Source: Negaprion brevirostris
Lineage: Eukaryota
Reading direction: 5' to 3'
NCBI GenBank assembly: GCA_030324005.1
Contig: JARDVH010000001.1
Coordinates: 104,652,488-104,716,487 of the forward strand
Length of the DNA stretch: 64,000 bases
Below, piece by piece: positions 1-13,656 of the stretch. The notes beneath the pieces were generated by a model. It did not search any database. It saw only the letters and a program-made list of their open reading frames with translations, and had not been told where the DNA came from. Position numbers and translations under genes: made by a program. How positions within the stretch are numbered: the first letter of the stretch is position 1; each line of letters begins with the position of its first letter.

Positions 1-1450
1 TATAATTTAAGCCTGACAGATTCCCAGGACCTAATAATTTCCATCTAGGGTTTGAAAGGAAATAGGTGAGATAGTTGCAGATGCTTTAACCACAATCTTC
101 AAAACTGTCTTGATTCAAAATTTGAAAATGTAGTTCTTTTAATTAAGAAAGAAAATAGGAAATTATAGACCTGTTAATCTAACATATATTGTAGGGAGGT
201 TGTTGGAATGTTTAATTCATCTCAGAGTGACTGAGCACTCAGAGAATTTTGAGATGATAAGCAAGCACCAACAAAGATTTGGAAAGGTTGAGTCATGGCC
301 AATTTTTTATGGAAATACGTAATGTCTAGTTATGGTTTATATGAATTTCCAGGAAGTAATCGATAAAGCTTCAAACATTAGCTAAAACTAAAGGTCATAG
401 AATTGTCACAAATGATGTACCTGGTTAGGAGATAAGCTAGATGATAAAAGACAAAAAAGTGGAGAAACAAATCAGAAATGCTAGAAATTCTCAGCAGCTT
501 TGGCAGCATTTGTGGAGAAAGTAACAGAGTTTCAAGGCTGGGAGGAGTATTAGAAACATAATTGTTTTTTTTAAGAAATGACTGCAGTGGATGGTGTTGG
601 AAAAAGAACAAAGGAGAGGATCTGTGGTAAGGTGGAAGCCAGCATAGATTAAATGATAAATAGCTTCATGGTGCAAGGCCAAAGGGAATGGTAATGGAAC
701 AAGTAAAGAAACAAATAAGGGTAGGATATGCATAATGAATAGAAGGTCCCTAGAGAATATTAAGGAACAAACAGACATTGGGGTATGAGCCCATAGATCC
801 CAGAAGGTGGTATCACAGGTAAGTAGGGTGGTAAAGAAGGCATACAGAGTGCCAGAGTATAGAACAGATGTGCAGGAAGGTCTTGGTACAATTTTATAAC
901 ACATTGGTTATGCCACAGATGGAATATTTTATGCAGTTTTAGTCCCCACACTATCAGAAGAACATGATTGCACTGGAGAGACTGCAAAAGTGATTCACCA
1001 GGATGTTGCCTGGGATGGAAAATTTCAGCTATGAGGAGAGACTGAATAGGCTGGGTTTGTTTTCCCTGGAGCAGAGGAGGTTGGGGAGGAATCTGATAGA
1101 GGTATGCAAAATTATGAGAGGCATGATATGGTAGACCATAACAATCTTTTCCCAATGGCAAATGTGTCTAAGACCAGAGGGCATAGGTTTCAGGTGAGGA
1201 AGAAGTGGTTGAGAGGGAATCTGAGGAAAGATTTTTCCATCCAGGGGGTGGTGGAAAGATGGAACATGTTGCCTGAAAGGGTGGAGATAGTACTCTCGCA
1301 GTATTTAAGAAGCATCTGGACAAGCACTTAAATCGCCAAGGCACAAAAGGATATGGACCAAGTTCTGATAAATGAGATTAGTATAGATTGGTATTTGATG
1401 GTCAGCATAGACATGGTGGGCCGAAGGGCCTGTTTCTGTACTGTATGACT
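1..1450 (+). mobile_element. Decayed CR1 LINE (ORF2 RT to 3' tail), interrupted by a Penelope-like fragment
   Basis: CR1-like segments: ggaaattatagacctgttaatctaaca (GNYRPV.L), LERLQK.FTRMLPG, KTRGHRF. 3' tail gggccgaagggcctgtttctgtactgtatgactct. Confidence 0.85.
468..745 (-). mobile_element. Penelope-like element 3' fragment nested in CR1
   Basis: gaaatgctagaaattctcagcagc..ggcagcatttgtggagaaag matches the terminal repeat found next to the GIY-YIG fragment at 40.2-40.9 kb. Confidence 0.65.
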
Positions 1451-1669
1451 CTTCGGCTAGAATTTTCCAATCATTCATGCCCCGCTGCCATTGCAGTGAG
1501 GATGGAGAATTTGGCACTCAGCCAAATCTCCCTTCACTACAGTGGGATGGGAGAATCCTGCTGTTGTGAATGTTCCAGTGGGATTCTCTGGCCAATCTGA
1601 ATGTGTAGAGGAGGTATGAATGGCAGGATCCTGAATAACTGTGGACTGAATGCAAAGTCAAGTAAATAA

Positions 1670-3190
1670 GAGCAAAACTAGAAAGAAAAAATACCTGCGA
1701 TGAAACACAAAACTACATTGGGGCTGGGATTATGGGTTAAAATTGCTGAACTCAATTTTGACCCAGAAGGCTATAAAGCGCCCAGCAGAAAAATGACATG
1801 CTGTTCTTTGAGTTTGCATTAAGCTTCATTGAACACTAGTAGGCCAAGGACAGAGAGGTCAGAGTGGGAGCGACATGGAGAATTAAAATGACAGTTGATT
1901 GGAAACTCATGGTCATCTTTGCAGACTGAATGGAGATATTCTGCAAAGCGCTCATCCAGTTTGCATTTCTGCTCCTCAATGTAGAGGAGTTCACATAGTG
2001 AGCAGCAAGTGCTGAACACAAAAACTGAAGTAAATTGCTGCTTCACTTGAAAGGAGTGTGTGGGCTGTTGTATAACCCAGGCCAGAAACATTGCCTGTAA
2101 GGGTGGGGGAGGCAGATACTGTTGTAGCATTTAAGACTAGATGAATTTTTATGAAGTTAATCCAAACCTTAAGTTTTACATTTAATTTTAGCTTGGGTGG
2201 TAAGACGTTTCACTCCAGATATGATTCAAGTGACCACTTGGAGGCTTTTATCAAATTAAATTTATTTAAGAATACAGTGAAACTATAAGATAAATAATTA
2301 GCAGTACTTAGACAAATTCTAAGATTCAAGCATGACACAGTNNNNNNNNNNTTAACAGCTAGCTAGCTATCTATGATGTTCCAAGTGAAACACCATTCCA
2401 CAGACACGCACTCTTCTTCAGACTTGGCACTGAAGCAAGTATGCTCACATGATGCTGAATTTTCAGCTTTTTAACACCTGCTGTGAATTGGTCCTTTGAA
2501 TATTGGATCAATTCTCTAAGGCTCCCCAGTCTTGGAATTTTCAGCAAGCCTTTTGAGAGAGACAGGGAGAGAGAAAGAGACAGACACTGCCTTCTTTCAC
2601 CAGCTTCAAGCAGCAAATGAGAAAATGAAACTAAAACTGGACATTTCTTTGAAGTATCTGTTCCCAGACATATCACCTGGCCTATCAATCATCCTGTAAT
2701 TAAGCTCCACTCAACTATAGCCTAGGGACCATTCAACCACAAAATACTGTATTACGACCAGATTAAAATCAGCCTGCTACCCATTATATTGCTTCACTAA
2801 TAATTAGAGAACATTGGTTACAGACATCACCACACCAGTAAAATCCTAGGACCTGCTTGAAGGGCCTGCAAAGAAACATGATTAAAATGCATTTTTTTTT
2901 TGAAGGTACAGTATTGTCAATGGATAGTGAGCAGGAAGGACAGGTGTCGTAGAACAGGTTTTGGGGGTGACCACGGTATTGCAGAGGGAATAGTTTCTTC
3001 AGCATGCTGAAAGAGAAGGGCAGAGGAAGATATCTTTGATGGTTTTAGGCACTGACAGAACTGGCAAAGGATGATCCAATGAATATGGAGGCTGGTTGGA
3101 TAGATGGTGGGGACAAAGAGAACTCTATGATAGTTTGTGGGAGGGATGAAAAGAGGAGAGAGCAACAATGTTTGAAATAGAATTGAAATA
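1670..3190 (-). mobile_element. Penelope-like element (GIY-YIG region) split by an LTR insertion
   Basis: ORF 1819-2130 contains LYIEEQKCKLDERFAEYLHSVCKDDHEFPINCHFN, a decayed GIY-YIG (YIGET..RF.EH...HFN). The element resumes at about 2920. Confidence 0.7.
2120..2919 (-). mobile_element. Solo LTR-like element
   Basis: Begins TGTTG at 2120 and interrupts the Penelope element. Its reverse complement shares gtcact.gaatcatatctgga.tgaa and ttcataa with the solo LTR at 9193-9946. TSD is not clean. Confidence 0.55.
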
Positions 3191-3649
3191 GTTGCTAGTG
3201 AAGATTGGCTGCTTTTCTGAGGCAGCGGGAAGTGCGGACAGAATCAATGGATGTCAGTGTTTTTGGCCACCAAGTCCTGGAGTGGGACTTGAACCCATAT
3301 TTTAGCTCAGAGGCAGGAATGCTATACACTGCAACACAAAACTTGCTTATTTCAAAGAAGAAATCCGTCCTAATCTTTATCATAAATAGGAGATCTCCTA
3401 TTTTTACACTTTGTCCTGGGTACTGAATGCCTGTGAGGAGAACGTTGTCTCAAAATCTACCCTGTCCTGCCCCACAGAATCTTATATTTTAATAAGATCA
3501 CCTTTTAAATTCCAATGACTACCAACATTGCCTGGTCAACCTTACAATGCAGGAACCCCTTCATCACAGGAATCAACTTAGTGAACTGTCTCTAACTGCC
3601 TCCAATGCAAGAATGTTCTCCTTAAATAAGGAGACCAAAATTGTACATG

Positions 3650-6600
3650 GTGTAGTATGAGGATATTAATGTGGAATAGAGTACAATACTGCCTATGCAC
3701 AGTGATATAAGGGAGAACATAACCCACACCCAGGATCGAGTATTGGACAGAGCTGTGTGTGCCAGGGGCACCTGAAAAAAGGATCCCACTGAGAGATGAT
3801 GCTCAACCCATGCGCATATTACACCACGCATCATTCCCCCATCTATTCATAAAACAGGTGCAGCAGTAGTTGGACAAAATGGCAAACCTGGGTGTCACCT
3901 CTTCAGTTGTTGGGTGTTTTAGGATTATTCTTGTCCCAAAACCAAATGGCTCCATCTCTGCATTGGCCTGACGCAGCTCAAAAAAGCTCTAGCCAGAGAA
4001 CTACATCCCATGTCTCCACTGGACAAAGGCCTGATTAAACTCTTAAAGAACATGGTATTTTCAAAACTGGAGGCAAACAGCAGCTTTTGACAGCTCCCTC
4101 TTAACAGAGTCTAGGCTGCTGACAACATTTATTACGTCCCTTCGGCAGATTCTGCTTTAACCGCCTGTCATTTCAAATCAGGTTGGTGCCAGAAATATTC
4201 CAACATCTGATGTAAGCCTGTTTTACAGGGGTTTCAGAGAACCATTTGTCACATGGAAGATGTATTGGTTCACGTTGCAACGATGGATGAACATGACAAA
4301 AGACTCAGCAGTCTTAGAGCGCCTGGAGGAAGCTGGGCTGCTGCTGAATGACAAATGTGTTTTCCAAAACACGAGCTGTATCCCTGGGCCACATCATAAA
4401 TGAAAGCATCATGGAATCCCACAAAATACCACAGCAAGCAGTGAGTTCTCAACCTATTCTCAATTCCAGATCTCCAGTCTGTTGCGGGTGATGAATCAGC
4501 CAGCAATTTTTTTTACCTAATTTGGCACAGATCACAGAATTCTTGAGGCATTTACTTAAGAAAGACCAAACATGGTGCTGGGACCCATACCAAGAGCTAG
4601 CTTGCATTAAGGTGAAGCTGCTCTCCACAGACATTTTGGCCCACTACAACCCAGCCCTGCTGATCCTTCATCCATAAGCCTGGGAGCGGTCCTGTTTTAG
4701 GAACAACTGGATGGAAGTCNNNNNNNNNNGAGGGCAATCAGACTAGGAGGCAAGATGCGCCCTGATAGAAAAAGAAGCTCCCTCTGTCACCTGGGTATGC
4801 AAGAGGCTTTCAGATAATGTCATCAACCTCAAGGTTTTGATTGTAACCTTGAGGCTGATGACATTGTCTGTAAACCTCTTGCACTAGCCACCAATCTCCT
4901 TGCTGAATGAGAAGGAGCTAGCAAAGATGCTTTCCAGAATCAAGAGGTTTTGCCTACACATCATATGGTTCGCCTCTCTGTGTCAGCCTGACACAACTCA
5001 AAAAAGCATCTCATGTCTCCACTGGATAAAGGCCTGATTAAATTCTCGGAGAACATGGCATTTTCAAAACTTGAGGCAATCAGCAGCAGTGTACGTCCTA
5101 GGTAAAGATCAGACAACAGTAGACACACTTTCAAGGTCCAAAGTGGGCCCCTCGACAAAACACCATTGCAAACTTATTGAATAACTGAAAGCATACGGTA
5201 TGGACATGAGATCCCTTGCAAACAGGAATGAGTGACTCAGTATCCAGTAATATGTGAAAACAACAATATTTATTAAACAATTATTAATTATCAGCATAAA
5301 ATTAAAAAATAGCTTAATTAAAAAGAAAAAAATTATGTATTATTATATTAAAAGGAAAAACAACTTTATAGTTGTATGTATTTGTAATACAGTGTGTATG
5401 TAAAGTATATTACAAATGCTAACCCAAAATTGATTTGTTCATTATAGCTCTTCAAAATAATAAAATTCCCCTTTGTTCGCACCAAGTCTCTGGATAATCT
5501 TACATAGACACCCCAGTCAGTCACTCTGCCAAAGACCCTTCCTCCCATAACCTTGAATAGTTGACTATTTCACTCCGGCTGTAGCTCCAAATTCTCTGCC
5601 CCTCTAAGACCAATTTTTGGCTCCACTCCAGCCTCTTGAGGTTTCTACTCAGACATTCTCGAAACAAGAGCCTGGTAAACATGAGTCCTTATCAATTCTC
5701 CTCACAGGCATTGCAATGCTGACAGACTTCATAATGTTCAAGATGTTTACACAGCTTTGCCTTCTGCCATCAGTCAGGTTATCTTGTTCATCAATCAAAC
5801 CCCATCTCCCGATTCCACACCATAACTGACCACCCCTTGTGCAAGGTCAGCCATCTCGTGGCTTATAGTTCAAGGGTCATAGAATGTACTATGAAACTGC
5901 CTCCTGTTACACAATATTGTCTTTTATCTTAGTAAGTCTAGCCTGAAAAGGAAAACAATTACCAAAACCTCTCTCCCATTAATGGCACACCCCTGCCACG
6001 GGCTTCCCAGCAGCAAGGGTTGTTTTCATTGGGAAACCCCTTGACAACTATGAGACCATAAGCTCCTACTGCCAGCGAGTGGTGCGCTGCTTCCACCAAA
6101 CAGGCCGCGGTGAGTGAGAAAAATCCTGCCCATAGTTTTAAAGATCAAATAGCAGCTGCAAACAAGGCCAAAAAAAAAGTTTTGGAAAAAATGGGACCAC
6201 AGTTAATAACATCATTATTGATTAATTATTTGACTTAAACCACAATCACATTTAGATTTAAATCAAGGTCTAAAAATTAATTTTAAATATTAAATGCAGT
6301 TCTCTTAAAACCAAGAGCAGAGCAGGAATAAAATACAAAAATATAAAATTGCTAAATGTTGGGGATGATTTTACCATCACGTTGCGACCATTTTCAGGTG
6401 CAACACGGTGGTAATGGGAGGCATAAAGCGCTTTTGGTGTGTATGGGGGACCTGAAAACAAGCCCAAAAGACAGATCTGAAACTCCCTCAGTTTCAAGTG
6501 CACTCAGCACTTAGAAAGAAAATGATAAAATTGCCCTGTTGTGTCTACAGGCTTTAGGCGTACAGTACTCCCAATTGACAAGGAAACATGTGCTAACAAC

Positions 6601-7650
6601 AATCAGTAAACTCCAACAGGTCCTCCAGGAATAAATGCCTGATGTAGATTATGCCCACATCCACAGCTACTGTCCACAGGGATGGCCTCAATAGAGACCA
6701 AGTGGAGGGACAATGAAAATCTGATTCAAGCAACAAAATGTGATGAGTATAGTAATTTCCTGGTCTATGATGAACAGCTGGTCATCTCAGTTTCCCTGTG
6801 CCAGACATCCTTCAAAAAATACTGCAGGGCTACCTGGGCATCGCCAAGTGCAAAACACAGGCCCATCCTGCTGTCGGGTGGCCAGACATTTCCAGCGATT
6901 GAAAACACCACCACAAATAACCAGGTGTGTGCGTTGCACTGGCAAGACCGATTAATGGCCTCCATTCTCAAATGAGAACTTTGCAAACTTTGCCACCACA
7001 TCTGGCTTTCACCAGGGCACTAGCTTCCTGAGAAAGTAATAAACCAATAAAATAATACAATACCAAGGACTAATAATATTTTAATAGACAGTCCCTTTAC
7101 AACAATAGAGTCCATTATAAATAGCAATAGAGTCTATTGTAGTCAAAAGGAATGGCTGAGAGAGGGTTCCATACAGTAAAAGTCCTTCTCATAAAGAAAA
7201 AAGACTTCCCCACAGGACTGCTAGCAAGCAGGTTTACCCCTTTACAATGCAGCCTGACCCTACCCAAACTCCTGCTAGGCAGGATATTCCACATACAACT
7301 TCCAGTCCTGCTGGCCAAACTCATACCAGGGTTAGTAACAAAGGATTACCAGGACACCCAAGCAAGAATGCAGTCTTCCAGATAGAAGCAAGCTTCCACC
7401 TGCAACAGAAGGTACCACACCAGATACTTGTAACAATTACAGAAAGGTTACAAGGTCTGGATTAAAAACCTCGAAAGAAGGAATTGTCTTAAGAAAAGAC
7501 AAGGGCAAACTCGCTCTGATCTGGTTAGCACAGTGGAGGGCATAGTCAAGAGAATCAGGATGAATCTCCTCCTCATCTCCATACGACTCATCCTCACTGT
7601 GCAATAGCAAGGAGGAATCTTTCTTTTTCAATAGAATATATCTTTATTGA
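3650..7650 (+). mobile_element. Decayed Ty3/Gypsy LTR retrotransposon pol (RT, RNase H, integrase) with nested insertions at about 5190-6540
   Basis: Frameshifted motifs: VPKPNGS, FSKLEANSSF.QLPL, LLTTFIT.FGRFCFNRL, ICHMEDVLVH (YxDD-like), LGAVLF.EQ, LIEKE...VTW. Integrase motifs LQGYLGIAKCK...GWPDISSD (6830-6900) and GMAERGFHTVK.LL...R.TPL...LLLGR (7150-7290). Confidence 0.8.
6361..6536 (+). mobile_element. Short internally deleted MITE (PIF/Harbinger-like), same family as 8149-9058 and 45891-47140
   Basis: Inverted ends gggg.tgattttaccat / atgataaaattgccc; flanked by tgtt on both sides; shares cagatctgaaact.cc.cagtttcaa...cagcacttagaa with the other copies. Confidence 0.65.
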
Positions 7651-8148
7651 GAGGTAAGAAATTTCTCCTTAAGTATTTGCCTCTGCTTCTCATCCAATCT
7701 AATGTTTTAACCTATTTTCAAGTTCACCATATCCAACTCTATCACCATACTTTTTTAATTGCCTTTATTTCAGGTTAAGTCTCTAGTTTCAGAGCTACAT
7801 TTTTCACCCTCAAATTGAATATGAAATTCCATCACATTATGATTATGTCACCCAACAACATACTTTAGTATGAATCATTAATCCTGTCTCATGTTATGTT
7901 ACCAGATCCAAAATTGCCTTTCTCCTTGGTTCACTCCAAAACACATTGTTCCAAGAAACTGATCCAAGTACATGTTATGAACTCATCTTCCATGTTTCCT
8001 TTGCCAATTTGATTCATCCAAGCAATATGAGGATTAAAATCATCCACAATCATTACGGTATATTTCTCTCTTCTTAAGGGCCTCTAAGCCATGCCAACAG
8101 TAACTTATTTCCCTTGCTACTTCTTACCTCCACCCCAACTGATTCTAT

Positions 8149-9058
8149 GGGTGATATTTTACTATTTTTTTATCTAAGTTCTGGATGGATTTGAAACTGG
8201 GAGAGTTTCAGATCCGTCTTTTAGCCATATTTTTAGGCCACCCCATTTGCATTCTGCCTGCAACATTCTGGGCGAGACTGTTGCTCGNNNNNNNNNNNNN
8301 NNNNNNNNNNNNNNNNNNNNNNNNNNNNNNNNNNNNNNNNNNNNNNNNNNNNNNNNNNNNNNNNNNNNNNNNNNNNNNNNNNNNNNNNNNNNNNNNNNNN
8401 NNNNNNNNNNNNNNNNNNNNNNNNNNNNNNNNNNNNNNNNNNNNNNNNNNNNNNNNNNNNNNNNNNNNNNNNNNNNNNNNNNNNNNNNNNNNNNNNNNNN
8501 NNNNNNNNNNNNNNCTGCCCTCCCCCCAATGCTGCAGAGTACCAGCAGGCCCCCTCTCACTCCCTCCCCTCACTGATTTGCTGCAGAGTGGCAGCAGGCT
8601 TCCTCCCCACATTAACCTTGCCCCACTGGCCCCTGCCCCATAGCACTGCCCAGTGGGCATTGTCCAGGTAACCAGTGGCACTGCCCAAGGGGCACCCCGC
8701 TTTACCATCAGCCTCCTCAGGGGGCCTTAATGGCTTCCAGTTCCACGCGTGAGGCAACGTTGACTGCTCCCCATTCATGGGGAGCATGTCTATTCCTCGC
8801 CGATGAGAACCTTTCCCAGTGAGATGCTAAAGACTGGTGAGCCCAGGTGGTGGAGCACCAGGCTTGCTAAGTAGATGTAAAGCAGCATCAAAATAAATTT
8901 CAATACATTAACCTGCCTCTCACCCATTTGCAGAAACCTGCCACCCATAAAATGGCACCAGTTATGAAAACTGACACCAATCATGCTAATCGCTTTATGC
9001 CCCACTTTACAACCATGTCGCACCTGAAAACAGGCACAACGTGATGGTAAAATCGCCC
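8149..9058 (-). mobile_element. MITE / non-autonomous DNA transposon (PIF/Harbinger-like)
   Basis: Termini gggtgatattttact / atggtaaaatcgccc; reverse complement of the 6361 element ends; inserted in a CR1. Confidence 0.65.
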
Positions 9059-9192
9059 TCTGTGTTGGTTTTCCAATCCAAGATCATTCCTTGCTACAGA
9101 CTAACCTGGTCTTTTATTAACAGAGCCACCCATCCCCATTCCATGTTTCTTAGAAAAGTCAAATGCACATGAATATTCTGTTCCTAGTCTGG

Positions 9193-9946
9193 TGTGATGG
9201 CATGGTGCTTTTGATATATTTCATGTTTCTGCATAATATTTGAAGTTCAGTTCTTTTTCTACAGGGACCTGGTCCATTTGGCAGGAATGTGGCTCAGATG
9301 CTGGGAAAGCAAGATAATTGCTCATTTTAGCCATGTAGTGTTTCCTAAGATAAGGTTAATGGATTGTTGTTTATAAATAGAAATGTCACCTGTTTCATTT
9401 ATTAAAGGAATGGAAGGTTTTATTTAGGTATACAGCATTATATGATGTTATGGTAATGGGAGGAACAAGGTTAGTAGCAGAGAAACAGCTTTCAGTTTCA
9501 GTTTAGAATTTAGCTGCTGGCTGGAGCTGTTTAAAGACAGAAGTCTGCTCTCTCTCCATAAAGTCTCTCTGACAGCTTCAAGACTTTTTACACTAATTTA
9601 TAGCAAGTATGCCTGGGTTTGCTAACTGTATTTAAGGTGGCATTTAAGTCTGTAGGAAGAATGTTGCTTATTTGAAACTAAAAGAGTGATAACTTACAAA
9701 TTAGAGTTGTTTATTTCATGTTTAAAGATTATTCAACTGCTTAGAGTTAAACTCTTTCAATCTGTTGAGTTATGCTTGGACTATATTGTGACTGCAGCTT
9801 CTTTTGATAAAATAATCCGAATTTGTCACTGAAATCATATCTGGAATGAAGCATCCTTTCCTCACAGTAATGTCAAAATAGGACATTTGTTGGGGTTTAG
9901 TATGGTTTCATAACATACCTTGGAGTTCTAGTCTGGGATCCTAACA
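9193..9946 (+). mobile_element. Solo LTR (754 bp) with 4-bp TSD
   Basis: TG...CA termini (tgtgatgg...cctaaca), flanked by CTGG at 9189-9192 and 9947-9950, cleanly interrupting a CR1. Confidence 0.8.
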
Positions 9947-10379
9947 CTGGCCAGTTTACAACCATGTCTCTGTAATGGCTATCGTACCATATTCCATTTA
10001 CTTCCAGTTGTGCTAACAATTTATCCATCTTGTTTTGAGTACAGTCAGATAAGGAACCTTTAATTCTATCTGTTTACCATTTTTCCCTACTCTGAACCTT
10101 TTTATTGCTGGTGCAACCTTATAATTGTACATCCTATCCTTTCCGATCATACTCAGGTTATCATTCCCCATATTGCTACTCTGCATTGTTACCTTCTTCT
10201 AACTTTTTAAAACTCCCCACACACAAACCCTCCCCACTGCAGCCCCAGTAATACAATTTGCCAGGACACTCTACCATTCCAGTTCAACTGAAGGCTGTCT
10301 CAAAGGTACATCTTCCGTTTTCTCCTAACTTACCCCTCCCCATACCCACTTCCCCTACTCATCACCAGACCACAATGCT

Positions 10380-11700
10380 GTGGTCAGTTTGCTGTTGGGT
10401 ATATATTTGAATTAGAAGGAAATGGCTACAGGTGTCTCAAAAGGACCTACATTGGGATCTTGACTATTCACTGCATTTATTAATGATTAGGTAACACAAT
10501 GCAAGACCATATATTCAATGAATCAAGATTGGTGGTATATTAAATAAACAATCCCATAAAATTACAAAGAGACATTATAGCTTAAATAGGCAGGCAAAAC
10601 TGTGGAGATGGATTTCAATGCAGGTAAGTGTGAGGTTACCATAGTGTTAGGAGAGAAAAAGAGAGACCTGAGTACTTTATTCTAAATGTGAGAATCAACA
10701 GAGGCCCAAAGAGATTAATGAATCCGTGTACACAAATCACTAAAATGTATCGACCAGATACAAAAATTATCAAAAAAGCAAATGATCTTTATAGTTGGAG
10801 GACTAGAATATAAAGATGAGGAGGTTTCTCTGTAACTTGACAAAGAACCATTTGACCACATCTGAAGCTGGGTTTATATCTCTGGAATCTAAAAGGTTAA
10901 ACATAGAAACATAGAAAATAGAAGCAGGAGGAGGCCATTTGTCCTTTGAGCCTGCTCTGCCATTCATTACAATCATGGCTGATCATCCAACTCAATAGCC
11001 TAATCCAGTTTTGTCCCCATAACCTTTGATTCCATTTGCCCCAAGTTCTATATTCTGCCGCCTCTTGAATATATACATTAAGGAGTGACTAGTTTGACAT
11101 TTCCAGGATTTGGAAAATAATTAATTTGGTGGACAGAGAGAAACATTTCAGTGGTGGTGGTATTTTTTCATTATCTTTAAGGCAAATTAATTTTATTTAA
11201 TTTTTATTTACATACCTTCATCTCTACTATTGCTGAGTCATTCTTTCATTCTTTTATTAATCTATTAAGTTCAATATTGTTGAATATTCTATTATTCTAT
11301 TCAGATTTTGCTCATGTCAGAGAATGTTAAAAGGAGATTGAATAGAGGTGTTCAAAATAATTAAAGGTTTTGATGTAGTTAATAATGAGAAAATGTTTCC
11401 ACTGGCAGGAAGATCAAATAGCAAGGGACTGAGATTAAAGGCAAATGGTATCAGAATGAGAGGGAGGTAAGGAGGATTCATTTGACAGATAGTTGTTGTT
11501 ATCTGGAATGCACTGCCTTCAAGTGGAAGCAGATTCAGTAGTAATTCTTAAAATGAAATTGGGTATATACTTGAAGGGAAAGTAATTACAAGACTATAGG
11601 GAAAAAACAGAGAAATGGGACTAATTGGATAGCTGTTTTAAAGAGCCGACACAGACACTATAGGCCAAATGCCTTCCTTATACTGTATGATTCTATAGTT
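10380..11700. mobile_element. CR1 fragments (RT on +, 3' tail on - at about 10900-11070, 3' end on + at about 11330-11700)
   Basis: W.MDFNAGKCEV-like RT motif; catagaaacatagaaaatagaagcaggag tail; ggccaaatgccttcct..tgtatgattctat tail. Confidence 0.75.
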
Positions 11701-12470
11701 GGATTTTAATGTTCCTCCCAGAGGTGGCGAACGGCTAAGAAGATGTGGGGTGGAGACCCTAACAGCTTCCTGACTCCCTGATGATGAAGTCCAGGGTAGG
11801 AAGGGTTGAGAACTGTCCTCCTTACAGCAGGCCCATTGAAGCACTTCCATGGCTACTTAAGAGTCTAATCCTGTTGATGCAAGTATTCAATCAGTGGCAG
11901 GCAGGGCTGCACCATGTGGGAAACTGTGGGTGAATGCTAAAGGGCATGCCTACATTCTGAATGCTAGGGGAATCCCTCCTTCTTGGTCATCCTGTGTCTA
12001 ATGCAGAAACCCATAAATGGTAATAGAGAAACCTGCGAGAAGACACTTCTGTCCTTTGCAATGACTCCCTTTCCCCCATTTCCTACACCCTTCCTTGCCT
12101 CCCCTTCATTGGGGTCTCCCTGAGTAGTCCCAGTGATCTCATCCCACTCACCTTTATCCAGGGGCTGCAGTGACAACTCTCATCTTTGGGCTTCCTGCAG
12201 TACAGTCAATGGTCATCGTTCCCAATGGCACTACTGATACTGGAAAGCTGCCTATGTCTGATTGGCCAGTAACTCTCAGAGGCTGGCCATCAGCTCCAAA
12301 CCAAAAAGTGTGACAGGAAATTGCCAGGAACCAGGCACCCAAATGGCAGCAAATAGGCTGCCTAATTGTGACTTAGTCCTGAAGGGACTCTAGAAATGGC
12401 AGTGGTGAGACTGCCATTGGCTCTGCAGTCGATGGATGGGCCCATAACAGCAACCACTAAATTCTGCTCA
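11700..12470. mobile_element. Harbinger-like non-autonomous element
   Basis: ggattttaat... and ...ctaaattctgctc inverted-type ends around a GC-richer body. Confidence 0.4.
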
Positions 12471-12489
12471 AAGTAATTAAAGAGAGGAA

Positions 12490-12842
12490 AAAGCATTTGC
12501 AATCAACTAGTGCCTTTCACAACTTCTGTACTCCCCAAAGTGTTTTACAGACAATGAAATGCTGTTGAAAAGTGTTCAACACAGCAGCCAAATTGCAGGT
12601 AGCAAGTTCCCACAAAGAACAATGAGATAACAACCAGGTGATCTGCTTTATTAGTGCTCTTGACAAATATTGCCCAGGACACTGGGGATAACTCCACTGC
12701 TTATCTTTGAAGTAGTATTGGGAGTGTTTTTTTATGTTAACCCAAGAGGGCAGATGAGGCCTCATCTGACTCACTGATCTCTGACTGTACAGCACCTTTT
12801 CCATAACACAATGGTGTATCAGCTTAGATTTTGTCCTCAGTC
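12490..12842 (-). mobile_element. DeuSINE (SacSINE1-like) fragment
   Basis: Antisense Deu-domain text: cagcagccaaattgc...gcaagttcccacaaa, aaatattgcccaggacactggggataactcc. Confidence 0.7.
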
Positions 12843-13539
12843 TTTTTATTGCATTTTTAAAGTTACAAAACCAGTATGGGTCAGGCAAACACAAGTCAGT
12901 TCCTTGCTTGCTCCAAAAATCAAATTGTAAATCCAATTCATGGTCCCTACAAGAGAGACAAAACGGATCCAAGCTGACAAGATAAGGCATTGCAAGCCAT
13001 CTTGGGCTTGATCTGACACCTGATCTGAGTCAAAAAGCAAGAAGTGATTTTGTCCTCAATTGTCTGGACGTGCATTGGCAGCTTCAGACTCGGAGGTATG
13101 CCTGATACCAACTGAGTCATAGCTGATAATACATCTCTAATGGAGGATTGGGGAATCCATATGGAAATTATTTTCCAATATATTTACAAGAAGATGTTTT
13201 CTATTTAAGAGTTGAATATGGATTACTGACCTAAATTGCCTAATATTTTCAAGAATTATCTCCCTCACATACATTACCATTTGACGTGCATTTGCATGTA
13301 ATTTCATGAGAGATCACTATATCTCAATGAGATCCTCATCTCTGTCCTAGTTTGTAAATAAACTTTCTGAAATTGACATCCAAAGTTTACTTTCTACATA
13401 TTCCCCATACCCTCGGGGATTGAACCAAGTTAGAAGTTTGTAAAATGTAATATTAGCATTGCTGTACATAAACAGATTGACTATTGAATGCATATTTCAA
13501 CAATGTTTGGTGGTGAATTGAAATTTTTAATACTGCTAA

Positions 13540-13650
13540 TGCTAGAAATGTGAAATAAAACCAGAGAATAGTGGAAAAACTGGGCAGATCAGTCCTCATC
13601 TGTGGAGACAAACAAAATTAAACTTTCAGTTTGTGACCTTTCATCAGGAT
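13540..13650 (-). mobile_element. Penelope-like terminal repeat with decayed hammerhead core
   Basis: Minus strand reads cCTGATGAaaggtcacaaactGAAAgtt...tctccacagatg. Confidence 0.65.
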
Positions 13651-13656
13651 TCTTGA

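Larger units (their letters stand above)
7655..10330 (-). mobile_element. Decayed CR1 LINE (endonuclease and 5' region) with nested MITE and solo LTR
   Basis: CR1-like antisense text (ccatcacattatgatt, ggattaaaatcatccacaatcatt, caaccatgtctctgtaatggctat) continues across both insertions. Confidence 0.7.

Noticed and set aside
7437-7631. Acidic minus-strand ORF as a host gene exon or pseudogene
   Set aside because: It lies antisense to the end of the Gypsy integrase remnant, with no recognisable host protein.
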